Below are positions 50,401 to 63,311 of a DNA stretch of 64,000 nucleotides, piece after piece. The stretch spans positions 116,306 to 180,305 of the forward strand of contig MU619283.1 of assembly GCA_025201805.1 (NCBI GenBank), read 5' to 3'. Numbering within the stretch: position 1 is the stretch's first letter; the number at the start of each line of letters is the position of its first letter. The notes below the pieces were generated by a model, which saw only the letters and a list, made by a program, of their open reading frames with translations, was not told where the DNA came from and did not search any database. A program made the translations under genes and the position numbers. The stretch comes from Parasitella parasitica NRRL 2501. Taxonomy: Eukaryota > Fungi > Mucoromycota.

Positions 50401-51995
50401 ATTGTTCGAGTGGGCCGGTGGTTGCTCCAAAGACATGGCTGAACGTCTTGCCCTTTTCCTCGCCAGAAAACGAAGACTCTGTTTTTTTTTTGTTTTTGTT
50501 TTGTAAGAAAGAATAAGCAATTAGGTTCCCTCAGGGCCCATACAAACGAATAGACACTTACGCTCATAATCGTAGAGAACCTTTAAATAGTTGGCTTCTG
50601 CAGGCACGTCAGGCAATTCAAATGCGTATTTTCTGGATACTTCTTTGGAGGCAAATTTAGTGATTCTCTTTTTCGAGCAAAGATCAGCGATTTCAGTGTA
50701 CACATCTGCCATGTCAACCAGCGTATTCGTTTCTTGGCCCCTATCTGCACTATGAATTAGTTATGTAGCGCACTCGTGGCACATTTGACCATTTTACCAT
50801 CCAACAGATGCTTGCGAGGTAGAACAAAGAGGTTTCTTTCAATGTTCTTGACAGTGACACAGCAGCTGACATACTTGTTGGTGCCTTTGTTGAGGACCTT
50901 GCCAAACAAATACACGTAGCCCTTTTCCTTGCGCTCGTAAGCATCGTACCACCACATGTGCAAATGACCATCCTTTTCAAAGATGTCCATGTTTTGTGTT
51001 TCTTGTCTGACTGCATCTTGGTTGAACGTGTCCGCCAAACCATCATTTGCTGCTTCCCAGCTTTGGAGATCTGGCCGGGGAGCAGATTTGCTGGTCGCAA
51101 TAAAGTTGGGCTTGGGTGTTTCGCTGATACTCAGCTTGTCTACTTGTTTTTTCAATATTTGCTCGTTTGTCGTCATGTCGTCGTCCATGAAATCTGGTCC
51201 AAAATCGTTGTCGTTGTCGTCGTCGTCGTACATGTTCACATCAGTATCTTCAGCTTTTATAGTTTTGGCGGGTGGAGGTGGCATAGAGGAGGACGCAACA
51301 TCTTTGAACTGGACCTCTTTCTTTACAAAGATATCAGCATTGTCAGCGTCTCTTTGTGATAGTTTTGAAAGGCCAAAGTTGGAACGGTTGAATGTCTTTG
51401 GCTTGGTTCCCAAGACCTTTTTCTGTGCAGACTTGGACGCAGATTTGGCGCTGAAATCAGCTAGTAATTCTGCCATGAAATCGTTTGCTTCTTCCTCGTC
51501 AACCTACGTCTCCCACATCAACAACTAAACCACGACACACTGCTATAGACCATTTCTAGACTTACGACAGCCGGCTTGGGCTTCAATGCTGCCTTCAATG
51601 CTGAGTTGTTGAAAAACCGATTGATTTGCTGGCTAGGCTTAGCAACAGCAGCTTCCTTGTCTTGTTTGGCGTTGTCCTTCTTTTTAGCCTTTCTCTTTCT
51701 TTTCTTAAGGTCTGCCTCATTCTCGTATTCGTCAGAAAAGTGCTGATCGTCTACGCCGTTGAAAATGTAGCCCGCATTGTCATCGTCCTCTACAAAATCC
51801 TCGTCCTGCTGAGCGTATTCTTCCTCGACCTCGTCGTAAATGTCTTCGTCTGCTGCCTAAACGTGCAGTGTAAATAGGCCAAACATGCATGCCAAACATC
51901 AGACAGTTGTGTACCTTGTGTTGCCTCTTGTTCTTTCCAACTTTGGCTTCTCTGAGCTCTTTTAAGCGGTTTGCTATGACAGCCCTGGAACTCAT
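47199..51995 (-). CDS. POL1: DNA polymerase alpha catalytic subunit
   Basis: Family B motifs LLDFNSLYPSII, KLTANSMYGCLG, YGDTDS; N-terminal IYDEVEEEEY...FVEDD; C-terminal zinc fingers (CNYC...CSKC; CDDITC...CIMPGC). Confidence 0.97.
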
Positions 51996-52081
51996 TTCTT
52001 TTGTAGGAATCACAGAAAAATGCGAAAGAAAGACTATTTTTTATTTTTTATTTTTTTTTATTTTTTTTTATTTTTTTTAAT

Positions 52082-52122
52082 CGCGAAGCTCGCGTTATCA
52101 GTCGAGAGTTGCGGAAAACGCG
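52082..52122. promoter_or_regulatory. Cluster of three CGCG-core (MCB/SCB/E2F-like) elements in the POL1 promoter
   Basis: TCGCGAA, CTCGCGTT and AAAACGCGC within 41 bp, ~90-130 bp upstream of the POL1 ATG in AT-rich DNA. Confidence 0.5.
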
Positions 52123-52584
52123 CTTCTCCCCGAGGCCATCTTCCTTGTGAGAGTCGTTTTAATTGGAGTAGTTTTAGGCGACATGCTCCTCCCCCCCCCC
52201 CCAAGAGCCTTCTTTGCTCGGGTGGTTCTTTCAAATAGCATTATGAAAGGCATTCCAAGTGATGTGCTACGCCAAGTAAATGCTGACATTTACTCGATGA
52301 ATATGCAGGCTGTTTGAAATGCGGAAACTGCTCTTTTTCTGTATGCTATTTTCAGTGTGAAAAAGACTTGGTCATTTACATGTCTGTGGATGTATTAAAG
52401 ACCCGTGCTGTTGTTCATTTTGTGGCCTACTCGTACGACTTTTTTTTTTCTTTCCGGAAGAACATGGGCTTTTGAAACATGCACAGCTGAATTCAATTTA
52501 TCCGCCACATTGTCTCAATAAACGCATAAATACCCATTCGATGAAGCCAGCCCTCACTTCTTTTCATCTTGTTAAAATAAAATA

Positions 52585-53498
52585 ATGCAGCAACAGGCCT
52601 CCCAAAGTCTCGACCAACGTTTGGAAAACTTGAATACACTACCCACCAACTTTTTTTCTTTGCCCGCTCTACCTGCGAGCCCTGTCACTGACACTCAGGA
52701 AGAGCCATCCACTCATGGAAAACACACAGGGAAACGTCGTGTCATCGTTGTCGCGTACGACCATTCAAATTACGGCGATGCCATGATTTCCAAGTCTATC
52801 CATCTTGGCTTAATCAGAACTAGCGATGACATTCGTCTTCTTCATATCGTGAGTCAATCCGATTACCGTAATTTGTTTGCCCCCATGCTGTCTGCTAATG
52901 GCACTTCGGGCGGCATTCAAGAAGACGTCCTTGACTCGAATATGGCTAGTGCTGCCGATGCGATGGTCTATGAAGTCATCAACGCTTTGAAAAAGATTGG
53001 AGTAAGTGCACGCACGTGAAAAGAGAGCTCGTCCGCTTTGACCGACCATTGATGTCTGGATGTAGTTTACACACGTCACTTCGGAAATCTTGCGAGGTGA
53101 CCCTAAAGATTCGATTACAGATTACTGTCGAATGTCGAAACCTGTCTACTTGCTGACCGGCTCTCGTGGTCTCGGTGCTGTGAAAAGGTAATGTTGCAAT
53201 TATGTCTTGAACAAGATGAGTTCACCCAACTCATAAGCATACCGAAAAAAAAAAAAAAAAGGACTGTAATGGGGTCCGTATCCAGCTACTTGACAAGGCA
53301 CTGCCCTTGTCCTGTATTAGTATGCAAGTTGGAGCCCTCTGAAATCGAGGCTCGTAAAGAATTGGATTCCAAAAAGCAGGCATCCTTTGCCGAAGTGTTG
53401 AGTAAGTGTTACTTTCAATGCAGACTTTTTTTTTGGACAGTTTTGTTCTGACCGACATTTTCGTATTTGTAGATGCATTCAATGCGGAAAAACATTAG
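52585..53498 (+). CDS. Universal stress protein (UspA-domain) family protein, 4 exons
   Basis: VIVVAYDHS; ILRGDPKDSI; LLTGSRGLGAVK|RTVMGSVSSYLTRHCPCPVLV. Confidence 0.9.
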
Positions 53499-53737
53499 TA
53501 CAATAGCAAACATTTTTTATCTTTTTTTTTCTTTTTATTTTTTTGCTAATAAAAACACTCAACCAACAATGTTTATTTTATGCATGGTTTCCTGAAATTA
53601 ACGGTTACAGACACCCTTTTTAACCCGGAAAAAGTGCAGTGAAGGGCTGGTTTTAAAGTGGCGAAGACTGTGGTCAAAAAGAAGCCTTTAATTCCCTTGT
53701 GTAGCTCTCTCTCTCGAATCATCTTCGATCATATAGT

Positions 53738-54382
53738 ATGGTAAGTAGGGGAACATGGATTTATCGAGCCGAGTATTTGCATGAAATGAATGGAATGAAC
53801 TACAAATGGATGGATGGATGGATGGATGGATGGATTGATCTTACAAAAGAGAAAGAAAAAAAAAATAGTTGCTTGGGATGGATGCCAGTGTGAATGGAAA
53901 GACAGGTGCAATTATCAGCATCTTGATCATGTCAGGACTCTGCTTATGGACGCAGACCAGTCAGCAGCTTTATCATCTGTCCATCATTCTATTCAATCAA
54001 TTGCAAATACACAAGCAAAGAACCAGAAGTATTGACATGAACTTTGATATAGACCTGTAAAAGAAGAAATAACGGACGTAACAAGCACGGTCGTGGCCAC
54101 AACAAGTATGTTCGTTGCATCAACTGTTTCCGTTGTGTCCCCAAGGATAAGGCCATCAAGCGCTTCACTATCCGCAACATGGTAGAAGCTGCTGCTGTCC
54201 GTGATCTTCAAGAAGCCTCCATCTACGAGGAGTATGCCATTCCCAAATTGTACGTCAAGCTCCACTACTGTATCTCTTGCGCTATCCACGCCAGAGTTGT
54301 TCGTGTTCGCTCTGCTACTGACCGTCGCAACCGTCTCCCCCCTCCTAGATTCAGATTCCAGAAGGCTGCCAACAAGGCTTAA
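53738..54382 (+). CDS. RPS26: 40S ribosomal protein S26 (eS26); ATG-only first coding exon
   Basis: ATG|GTAAGT intron 53741-54052, then [16 protein letters not shown]...[11 protein letters not shown]...[16 protein letters not shown]. Confidence 0.97.
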
Positions 54383-54502
54383 ATACATTTCTTAAAAATA
54401 AATGTTGGGAATAAATATCAAAAAAGCAGGAAACAGCGCATTGACATGTATTGTTTATAAATCATTGACATGGCACAGCATTTGTTCTAGTGACATAATG
54501 GT

Positions 54503-54997
54503 CTATTGGCCCGTGAGTAATAGTTTCTTTAGACATGCTGCTTGTGCATTGATTTTCTCGGCAGTGTCTTTGAATCCTTTGATAGCTAGTGGCCACACGA
54601 CCGCATCGACAAACCCAGTGATATCATCGGGAGCTTTACAACTCGTGGCAGCGTTGATGGTATTTCTTTGCTCATCTGAACAATGAACACCATTCTTTGC
54701 ATTGACATCCAAGATATGCCCCAAATTGCTGCTGACGTTGGTCAATGTATCACATAGTTCTCCAAAGCCAAGAGGATATATAACACTTGTAACGAAATCT
54801 TGAATGCTATCAAAGTTTGCCTGTTTAAAGTCTTCCAACTGGCTCATTTTCTGAGCAACAAAAGCCATGTCGGCCAGGGCAACAGAGGCGCTTGCTTCAA
54901 GCTCAGCAACTTGTGAGGCGCTGATGCTGCTTTGAGCCATTGCAGCGGCGGTCATCAGAGCGACAGGACCAAAGATGAAGGCATTGACATTAATCAT
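54503..54997 (-). CDS. Small secreted cysteine-containing hypothetical protein
   Basis: Signal-like N-terminus MINVNAFIFGPVALMTAAAMA; four Cys; the 3' end may be spliced further. Confidence 0.6.
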   Translation of the reverse strand: MINVNAFIFGPVALMTAAAMAQSSISASQVAELEASASVALADMAFVAQKMSQLEDFKQANFDSIQDFVTSVIYPLGFGELCDTLTNVSSNLGHILDVNAKNGVHCSDEQRNTINAATSCKAPDDITGFVDAVVWPLAIKGFKDTAEKINAQAACLKKLLLTGQ

Positions 54998-55345
54998 GCT
55001 GAGTGAAATCCTTGATTTCGCACGTAAACCATGTACAGAAACTGCTTTATATAGTTGTTGAATCATTGAAAAACGAACTTCATTCCTAGACGCATTTTCT
55101 TCAACATTTGCAATGTTTGATGTCTATTGGTACGGTATTGATGGATGGAGAGTATAAACAGTCCTGAGACTACAAGAAAAAGCAGTGAAAAAATTTTTGA
55201 GCAGAACAAGTATAAATACATCGATAGTGCCAAACTAGGGAGCTTCTCAACTATCTCCATCATTTATTCAGGACTAATGTAAGTACGCTTTTCGGCTTTC
55301 CATCAATCATTATATCATCTTTCGAGTACTTTTTTTTTTTCTTTT

Positions 55346-55432
55346 TTTTACATGATGAATACAAACATATGCTACTAAACCCAGCTCAGTTTGAGATATT
55401 CGTTGAAAGAAACTTTTTCCATAACTAAAAAA
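55346..55432 (+). ncRNA. Candidate box C/D snoRNA (snR71/SNORD29-like, LSU rRNA guide)
   Basis: Box C ATGATGA at 55352; 14-nt element CTAAACCCAGCTCA (55375-55388) complementary to conserved LSU rRNA UGAGCUGGGUUUAG; D'-like TTGA at 55391; terminal box D only as CTAA at ~55425. Confidence 0.45.
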
Positions 55433-55877
55433 AAAAAAAAAAAAAAAAGTACAGACAAGATAACATTGATTAATGAACTTTTTTTTTTTTTGCTATATCG
55501 TTCGTGCAGAAATATTAATTTTACTTGTTTTATTATAGTTGACTTGATCTGAAGATCAAGATTTTTCGTCTTTACCCTTCTTTTAATCTTGAAAAGCAAT
55601 GAATAAATGTACATGTATTTTTTACCTTGACTCTGTCAGTATTTGGATAGTGTTTGTTTTAACCCTGAGAAGGATAGCTATGCTTACATGATGTCATCTA
55701 AATTTGAGCAACAAGATTTTCCTCTTTTTTTTTTAAAAAAAATGTGTTGTGGTGAATCTTTTTTAAGGACTTGGGCTCGTTTGATTGTCTTCTTTCTCTC
55801 CTATTTCTCTCTTTTTTTTTCTTTTTTTTTTTTTNNNNNNNNNNTTTTTATCTTGTTAATTCTGCCCTCAAGAAATA

Positions 55878-57253
55878 ATGATCACGGACGAACATCCATT
55901 TGAGTTTGCGCCCCAGCAAGATGAATACACCCAATTATTAACAGAGTTGCATCATGAATACTGCAATGAGCAACCATCGGATGTGCTTCAGTTTTGCTCC
56001 AATTTTTTCATCAGAAAACTTGAAGAACAGCGTTTAGAGCATAGAAATAACCATTCTCGTAACAATTTATTCGATAGTAAAGTATAGCTCGTTCCCGTAA
56101 AGGCCAACACTAATTTTCATTTTTTTTTTATTTTTTTTTTTTATCCAGCCAACAATACCAGTAATGATTTACATCCGTTATATGAAAACCAGCCAAAAGA
56201 GCAACCAGGCTTCCATTGGGGAAATACCCATCCCAGTCATCCCAGCGACAACGATGACGACGATGAGCTATCAGAAGATGAACACGATGAAGAACACGAC
56301 AACTTTTCAAATGAGCCTTTACATTTACCTCCCTCAAACTATAATCCTCGTCGTCGCACATCGGTTAGCGCTGAAAGCATGGCTCCCAGTAACACAGAGT
56401 TTGTCAAGGACATAATCCCTAAATCTCAGGCACAGGCAGAACGCATCAAAATATCCATCAGCAACAACTTTTTGTTCCGCAACTTGGACGAGGAGCAGTA
56501 CCTGGACGTGGTGAATGCCATGGTCGAGAAGCGCGTCGACATGGGAACCACAGTGATTAAACAAGGAGACGTTGGCGATTTTTTTTACGTCGTCGAGTCG
56601 GGTACTTTAGATTGTTTTATTGGGGAAACTAAGGTTACCAACTACGAAGCAGGTGGAAGCTTTGGCGAACTGGCCTTGATGTACAACGCTCCTCGTGCTG
56701 CTACTATTATTACAACGTCAGATTCTGTGCTTTGGGCTCTGGGCAGAATCACTTTCCGCACAATCTTGATGGAGAACACCTCGCGCAAAAGACGCATGTA
56801 CGAACACTTCTTATCAGAAGTCGTGTTGTTAAAATCCCTAGAATCATATGAGCAGCATAAAATTGCAGACGCTCTTGAATCCGTTTATTTTGAAGATGGA
56901 CAGGAGGTTGTGAAGCAGGGTGACGTCGGAGATCAATTCTATATCATCGAGTCTGGCGAAGCGTTTGTATTGAAGGAGGAGAACGGTGTCAAACAGCAAG
57001 TCAATCGACTTGAGAGAGGCTCTTATTTTGGAGGTAACTCGTGTAGCCTACTATGTAACTTTGTACTCACTGTATTTTGCTAGAATTGGCGTTGCTAAAC
57101 GATGCTCCCCGAGCAGCAACAGTCGTTGCTCATGGCAAACTCAAATGTGCAACATTGGGCAAAAAGGCATTTACTCGTCTTCTTGGGCCCGTCTTGGATA
57201 TTTTGAAGCGCAATTCAGAAAACTACCATGCTGTGATTAGCCAGCAATCATAA
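55878..57253 (+). CDS. pkaR1: cAMP-dependent protein kinase regulatory subunit (3 exons)
   Basis: D/D domain ([14 protein letters not shown]); inhibitory site [10 protein letters not shown]; two CNB domains ([15 protein letters not shown]; FG|[13 protein letters not shown]). N-terminus [17 protein letters not shown] matches my recollection of Mucor PKAR1. Confidence 0.93.
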
Positions 57254-57465
57254 CAGAACAAAATAAACCTAGATTTGAAAGCGTCATGCTATTTTAATAA
57301 AAGGCCACTTTCCGATTGTTGCTCAATTGTGTATATATATAACACACAAGAANNNNNNNNNNNNNNNNNNNNNNNNNNNNNNNNNNNNNNNNNNNNNNNN
57401 NNNNNNNNNNNNNNNNNNNNNNNNNNNNNNNNNNNNNNNNNNNNNNNTTTTTTTCCATAAAGAAA

Positions 57466-59037
57466 ATGACGGATATTATCAAAACCAGCAGCATGGAAGA
57501 GACCTTGACTAGCCCTCCGCCTCCATCAGCGCCAACTTCGTCAACTCTGCCCGGTACAGGTATCGCAAACTTACCAAATCAAAGACACAAGATTGTCGCC
57601 AAAAACGGTGCCAACTTTACCATCATGGTTTGCGGTAAGTCATCGTTTGACTAGGGCTGGGCGCAATTCATTGACCTTGTGTGTCATCTATTGTAGGCGA
57701 ATCAGGCGTTGGAAAAACAACCTTTGTGAATACAATGTTCACATCGACCATCAAGGAACCAAAGAACCTCACAAAGCGCCACTCAAAGGCACCCTCTAAA
57801 ACTGTCCAAATCCAGATCACAAAAGCAGGTAAAAATGGCGATGGTCTTACATGGGCGGGACAAACATGATCTAAACAGGCTTTAAATAAACAGAGCTGGA
57901 AGAAAAGATGTTCAAGGTCAAATTGACTATTATTGATACGCCTGGCTTTGGCGACTATGTCAACAACAGACATAGTTGGATTCCTATTGTGGATTTCATT
58001 GACGACCAACATGAAAAATACATGCGTCAGGAGCAACAACCTTGTAGAAAGGGCGCTATCGACATGCGTGTTCATGCTTGTCTGTATTTCATTAAACCAA
58101 CTGGCCATACGTACAGTATTTGCTCCATTTTCTCATGTACATTATGCTAACTCGTTTTTTTCCCTCCTCCTCCTCCCCCCCTTTTTTTTCCCTCCTCCTC
58201 CTTTTTGCAAAAGCTTGACCCCGTTGGACATCGAAGTAATGAAACGATTGGGCTCTCGTGTCAATTTGATTCCTGTCATCGCCAAGGCAGACACATTGAC
58301 ACCTATTAATTTGGAAAAATTCAAGCAAAACGTAAGTAATTGAGGTTGCTACAAACTCAGCATTTGCACATCAGCTGAATCCACCCACCTGTAGATCAGA
58401 GAAGTCATTGCAGCACAGAATATTCAAGTTTATACGTGCCCCATTGAGAGTGACGATGAGACTACTACCAACAGAAACCGCACTATTATGGCGGCGCTGC
58501 CTTTTGCTGTCATCGGCTCCACGCAGGACGTCATGACTATGGATGGTAGAAAGGTCAAGGGAAGAGAGTATTCTTGGGGTGTTGCTGAGGTTGAGAATGA
58601 CGCTCACTGTGATTTCAAAAAGCTGAGAAGCTTGTTGATCAGAACTCACATGCTGGATCTCATTACCACAACTGAGGATAATCACTATGAAAATTACCGT
58701 CAGACTCAAATGGAAACCCGCAAGTTTGGCGAAGCTCGTTCCCAACCAAATGAGAATGCCAAGTTCAAGGAAGACGAGGAATCTTTGCGTAAACGCTTTA
58801 CTGACCAGGTCAAGTCTGAGGAACAACGCTTCAGACTCTGGGAGAAACAGGTAAGTTGAACGAACAATCAAAAACAAGTGTTTTAGCTTTTTTTTACTAA
58901 GCTGGCCTCTTTAGTTGTTGAGTGAAAGAGATCGTCTTCACAAAGAATTGGAGTCTCAGGGAGAAAGGATCAAAGAGTTGCAGAATGAATTAGAGTCTTA
59001 CTACTATCATCAACGTGATAAATCCATCAGAAAATAA
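57466..59037 (+). CDS. CDC12: Septin, Cdc12/AspC group (6 exons)
   Basis: [15 protein letters not shown]; P-loop GESGVGKTT; DTPGFGD; AKAD; [13 protein letters not shown]...HCDF; C-terminal coiled coil. Confidence 0.88.
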
Positions 59038-59414
59038 TTCAATGCCTCCAACTATAGCTCTCTCTCTTTCTCTCTAATTTTAATAATTCCTTTTATTCAC
59101 ACATAAAATAAACCATAATAATTATTCGTATCCTTAGTATTTTGTGACAAAAAGCTGCTCCCCCACCCCCAATTCTTACTACACACACAATACTGCATAC
59201 CAGGATTACACTATTATAAAGACATTTTTTCATTGTCCCTGAAGAACATCTTGATATATATTGGAATTCCTTGGTGTTATTTCTCAGAACACATGTACCT
59301 GATATTTATCAATAACCGGGACTATGGGTATGATTATAAAATGCATTTCGAAAATTGTTGGGTGTATTGCGATCTTCAGGTGTGAGTTTTCAATGTAATG
59401 ATAACACGTCTTTA

Positions 59415-59451
<37 letters not shown>

Positions 59452-59934
59452 TCGAGATACATCAAGAGCACAGTAAATTGATCAACGGGATCCGATAAAG
59501 AAGCAAGCACTGCAGTTCAGGCACAAAACATAAGACGCATTATTTTGAAAGGTTACATCTGTCTACTGTATGTCAATAAATCATTCAAGTTGAATCATAC
59601 AAGCAAGTACAAAAGTTGGCAATTTCCTGATGCCGGCAACCCCTTGGCCAAACCCATGGCCCGATGTCTTTCCTTTCACACTTTCTTTGATGCCAATCTC
59701 ATCACACAACTTTTCATGGATGAGCATGCAGGTGAAACATAAGGTCGTTTACCAATGCCGAAACTGAATCCACTACAAGGAAAACAGTGCAATGTTTGAA
59801 TACAAAGAATGCAGAGCTAATTCATTTTATTTGTTGAGATTGAACTTTTTTTTCAAGTTATGCTGGGCAATCATTATGCAAACATGATCTGAAATATGCA
59901 TATAGCCAGCCCAGTGACAACAGGGCTCGACCAT

Positions 59935-62900
59935 TTACTTCAAGTCAACTTTGAGCGTCAAAATTTGGAAAGCCCGAAGAGTAACATTGAAGCCGTCTCC
60001 CTTTTCTTCCAACAGCTTGTTTGTATCATCTTCCAAAATGTTTGATATTTGAATTTGCTTGACCTCCAAGTGGCTAGGTACAAATAGATATTATGTGGTT
60101 GGTTTGACTTGATCAGTGCATTAACACACACATATATATAGATAGATAGTTACCTCGTCAATATGCCGGCACTCTTGCCTCCATAGGCTTCATAAAGACG
60201 TAGAATGACTTGTTTTCCTCTTCCTTTATCATCTTCGGCGAGCTTGACTGTGTCAATGATGATTTGAGATGAGCCGTCAATCTTGAAAAGGGAGGGGAGG
60301 ATCTCTCCGCTATGGAGATGATTACCCGTGGCATGGCTATGATGCATACATATTAAAACCAAATGTGCTGCTGTCTTTTTTTTTTCCCATGCATGTTTAT
60401 GTAGATGCGCGTACTCACCGAATTGAGAGGGGTGTATTGAATTCCAGTGCAGATTGCATCACATTGGACGAAGTGAAATTACCTTTGTGAGGATAAATCG
60501 CATACTTGAATTTGTGCTGGCCTATTGCACGGTGTTGGTATGGTGGTATATAGTTTCAGCATCCACTGTATACGTTACCCATATCTGCGTGTTCATCAGG
60601 ACCTTTGGGTGCACGCAGCAAAGACAAACGCTGAGTTTTCCCGTGAGTCGCATAGCCGTACTTGCAGTCATTGATCAACGCAATACCATAGTTTGACTCG
60701 GACATGTCTGCAAATTTATGACCACAGACCTGCGTATAAAACCTGTATTAATACGGGTATCAAAACCTAGGGTTTGGAGGAGCCTTTTGTATACCTCAAA
60801 TTTGGCAGAATCAATAGTTGTATTGTAATGAGTCGGTCTTCTGACCACACCATACTGGATATCGTAAGTGGCATAATCTGTAACAATATCCCAAGAGAAC
60901 TCCACTTTCTACAAGAAAACATTAGCAAATATCCAACTCATGACACCAGCCACGTACCAAAAATTGATGGCTTTCATTCCAGTCGACAAAATTATCAAAC
61001 TCTAATCGTTCGCCAATACAAGTAAGACTGATAGTCTGTTCGATGGTGCTTACATCCGAAATCTTGTGTTCGAATCGCAGTTCTGCTCTAAGAGGTCCGT
61101 CGGAAACCACCTTCACATTCCTTTGACCTTGTAGCTCAACATACTTCTGAAGGTGGTAAATCTCAACTAAATTGTTTTGTCAGTCATCAAGAAAACACGC
61201 ATCTCGACCAGACGGAAAACTCACCATCCCACGCATCCCAATAGGTAGGCTACACAATTGCACGGGGGGAAAAAAAATAAAAATAAAAAATGAACATATG
61301 TTGATTTTGACAAGTAATACATACCACATCCTCATAAAGCTGAAGAACATTGCCACGAGAGCCCTTGGGAACAAGGTTGCCTCTAAAATACAATAATGAG
61401 CATACAATGAACTTTTTTTTTTGTTCAACGCTATTGCCTATACCGGTCGGATCTTTTATCAATCAGTTTGACTAGCTGGCCATCTGCATTAAAAGTAGCC
61501 TTGAGATTAGCGTTCTCCAACAAAAAGTGTCCGTCTTTTTCATATGCTAGCATTCATTGATAAGACAAGTCAATAACTACCGTCTGTAATTGTAGTCTAT
61601 AGACTCATTACCATGGGCTGTGTTCTTTCCAGAAACCGCTTTAAAGTCTGATCCAGAGCCAACATAGCCAGACGCACCCAGGCCGGGCACGTTTTCCACT
61701 GTATTATCAGAATGTTATTTCAAGCGCTTTTCCACTGTTTTACCATGGCGACTCCTTACCAAGCAAATACTCGTATTCGCCTTTCCATTGCTGAGACAGC
61801 CAACCAGTCTTTTTTTCTGGCGATACAATGACTTCGGAGCGAGACCAAGGAAGAGTGTTGAAGACAATGACTCCTTGCCTATCCTCGCTGGAGGCACTGC
61901 TAGCGGTTTGCTCGGAAATAAGGTAGGTTTGAGATTTATAGCGCAACAGCGAAGACTCAGAAATGACTTGACGATGGAACTATGATACATGTAGCAAATT
62001 ATTCAGCAATGTATCTGTTTTGTGTTGTCAAGCATGTGAACAAACTTTGTGAACGTCAACATAGGCCAAGTTGATGGCAGAACCCGGCAAGCAATCATGG
62101 AACTGGTTCAGACAAAGTAACTTCCATAAGCGATTGATGTCCTCCAGTGGATAGCTAAAGCAAACCATTGAACAATACTGACACTCGACGTTGAAATAAC
62201 TCTATATACCTGTATTTGCCTCCAGTTTGATTTGAAAGGATCTTGGCAGCAGTCGCTAGGATCTCAACGTCTCGAATGATAACCTCGCCCTTACGATTTC
62301 CTCTCTTGACAAGAGCTTGAGAAGTGTATGTGCCACGATGAAATTCAAGATACTGTTTTCATTTGTGTGAGATTATGCATGCAATGTGTGCACTTTTTGG
62401 TATTTTATAGTTACCAATTCTCCTTTGTAGGATTGCAACCTATCAGAGTTCTTTTCAAGACCCTCAAAGAATTTGGTGGCACTTCCAGGTTTAACTGTAG
62501 GTAAGCCGTCTACATTTCGCATTCTTTCAAGTCTTTCCAACATTTCAGGCGTGGGGCCGCCTCCGCCATCTCCGTGTCTATTTGTGTAAGACGAAAGCAC
62601 TGTAAATAAAAATTGATCGATAGTTTACTGTTACATATGTATTTATAACATGTATATATATACCCATAGACTAATAAACTTTCGTTGGAGCTCTCGATGT
62701 CATGGTGATTCTTAGCACTAAAAGTGGGCTAATACATTAGAAAATACATGGCAACCCAGCAAACTTGATATATAAACTTGCCACTTGTAGACCTCACTAG
62801 CGGTTACAGAGGCCGTATACGTCTCGGCAGGTGTCAAATGTGCCAAAACCTTGGAATCGTCAATGCCTGTCCACCAAAAGGTTGACAGCGGAAACTTGTT

Positions 62901-63258
62901 GATATTATTCCAAGAGAGCTTCTGAGTAAAGAAGAAGTCGCAGCCAGATTCACAAAGTACTTGAGGCAACTGAGCAGAGTACCCAAACGAATCAGGAAGC
63001 CAAAATACTCGAGTCCGTTTTCCAAAATGTTCCTCAAAAAAGCGTTGGCTGAGATAATTGTTGTTAGACATTCATACGCAATGCTATCAATGATGATGGC
63101 CATACCCTAACAGCATTTGTCTGCAAAGTGATTCTCCAGACTGCACATGTCAGACAAGATGAGAACAAAGATTTATAGTACTGCAGAAAATGTACTTACT
63201 GGCATATTAGTATCTAAGTTTCACAAATATTTCAATGTTAGAAACAGTTATTGTATTA

Positions 63259-63311
<53 letters not shown>

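Noticed and set aside
55360-55376. Second guide (ACAAACATATG) resembling the 18S Am28 antisense
   Set aside because: Has a mismatch and no correctly spaced D/D' box.
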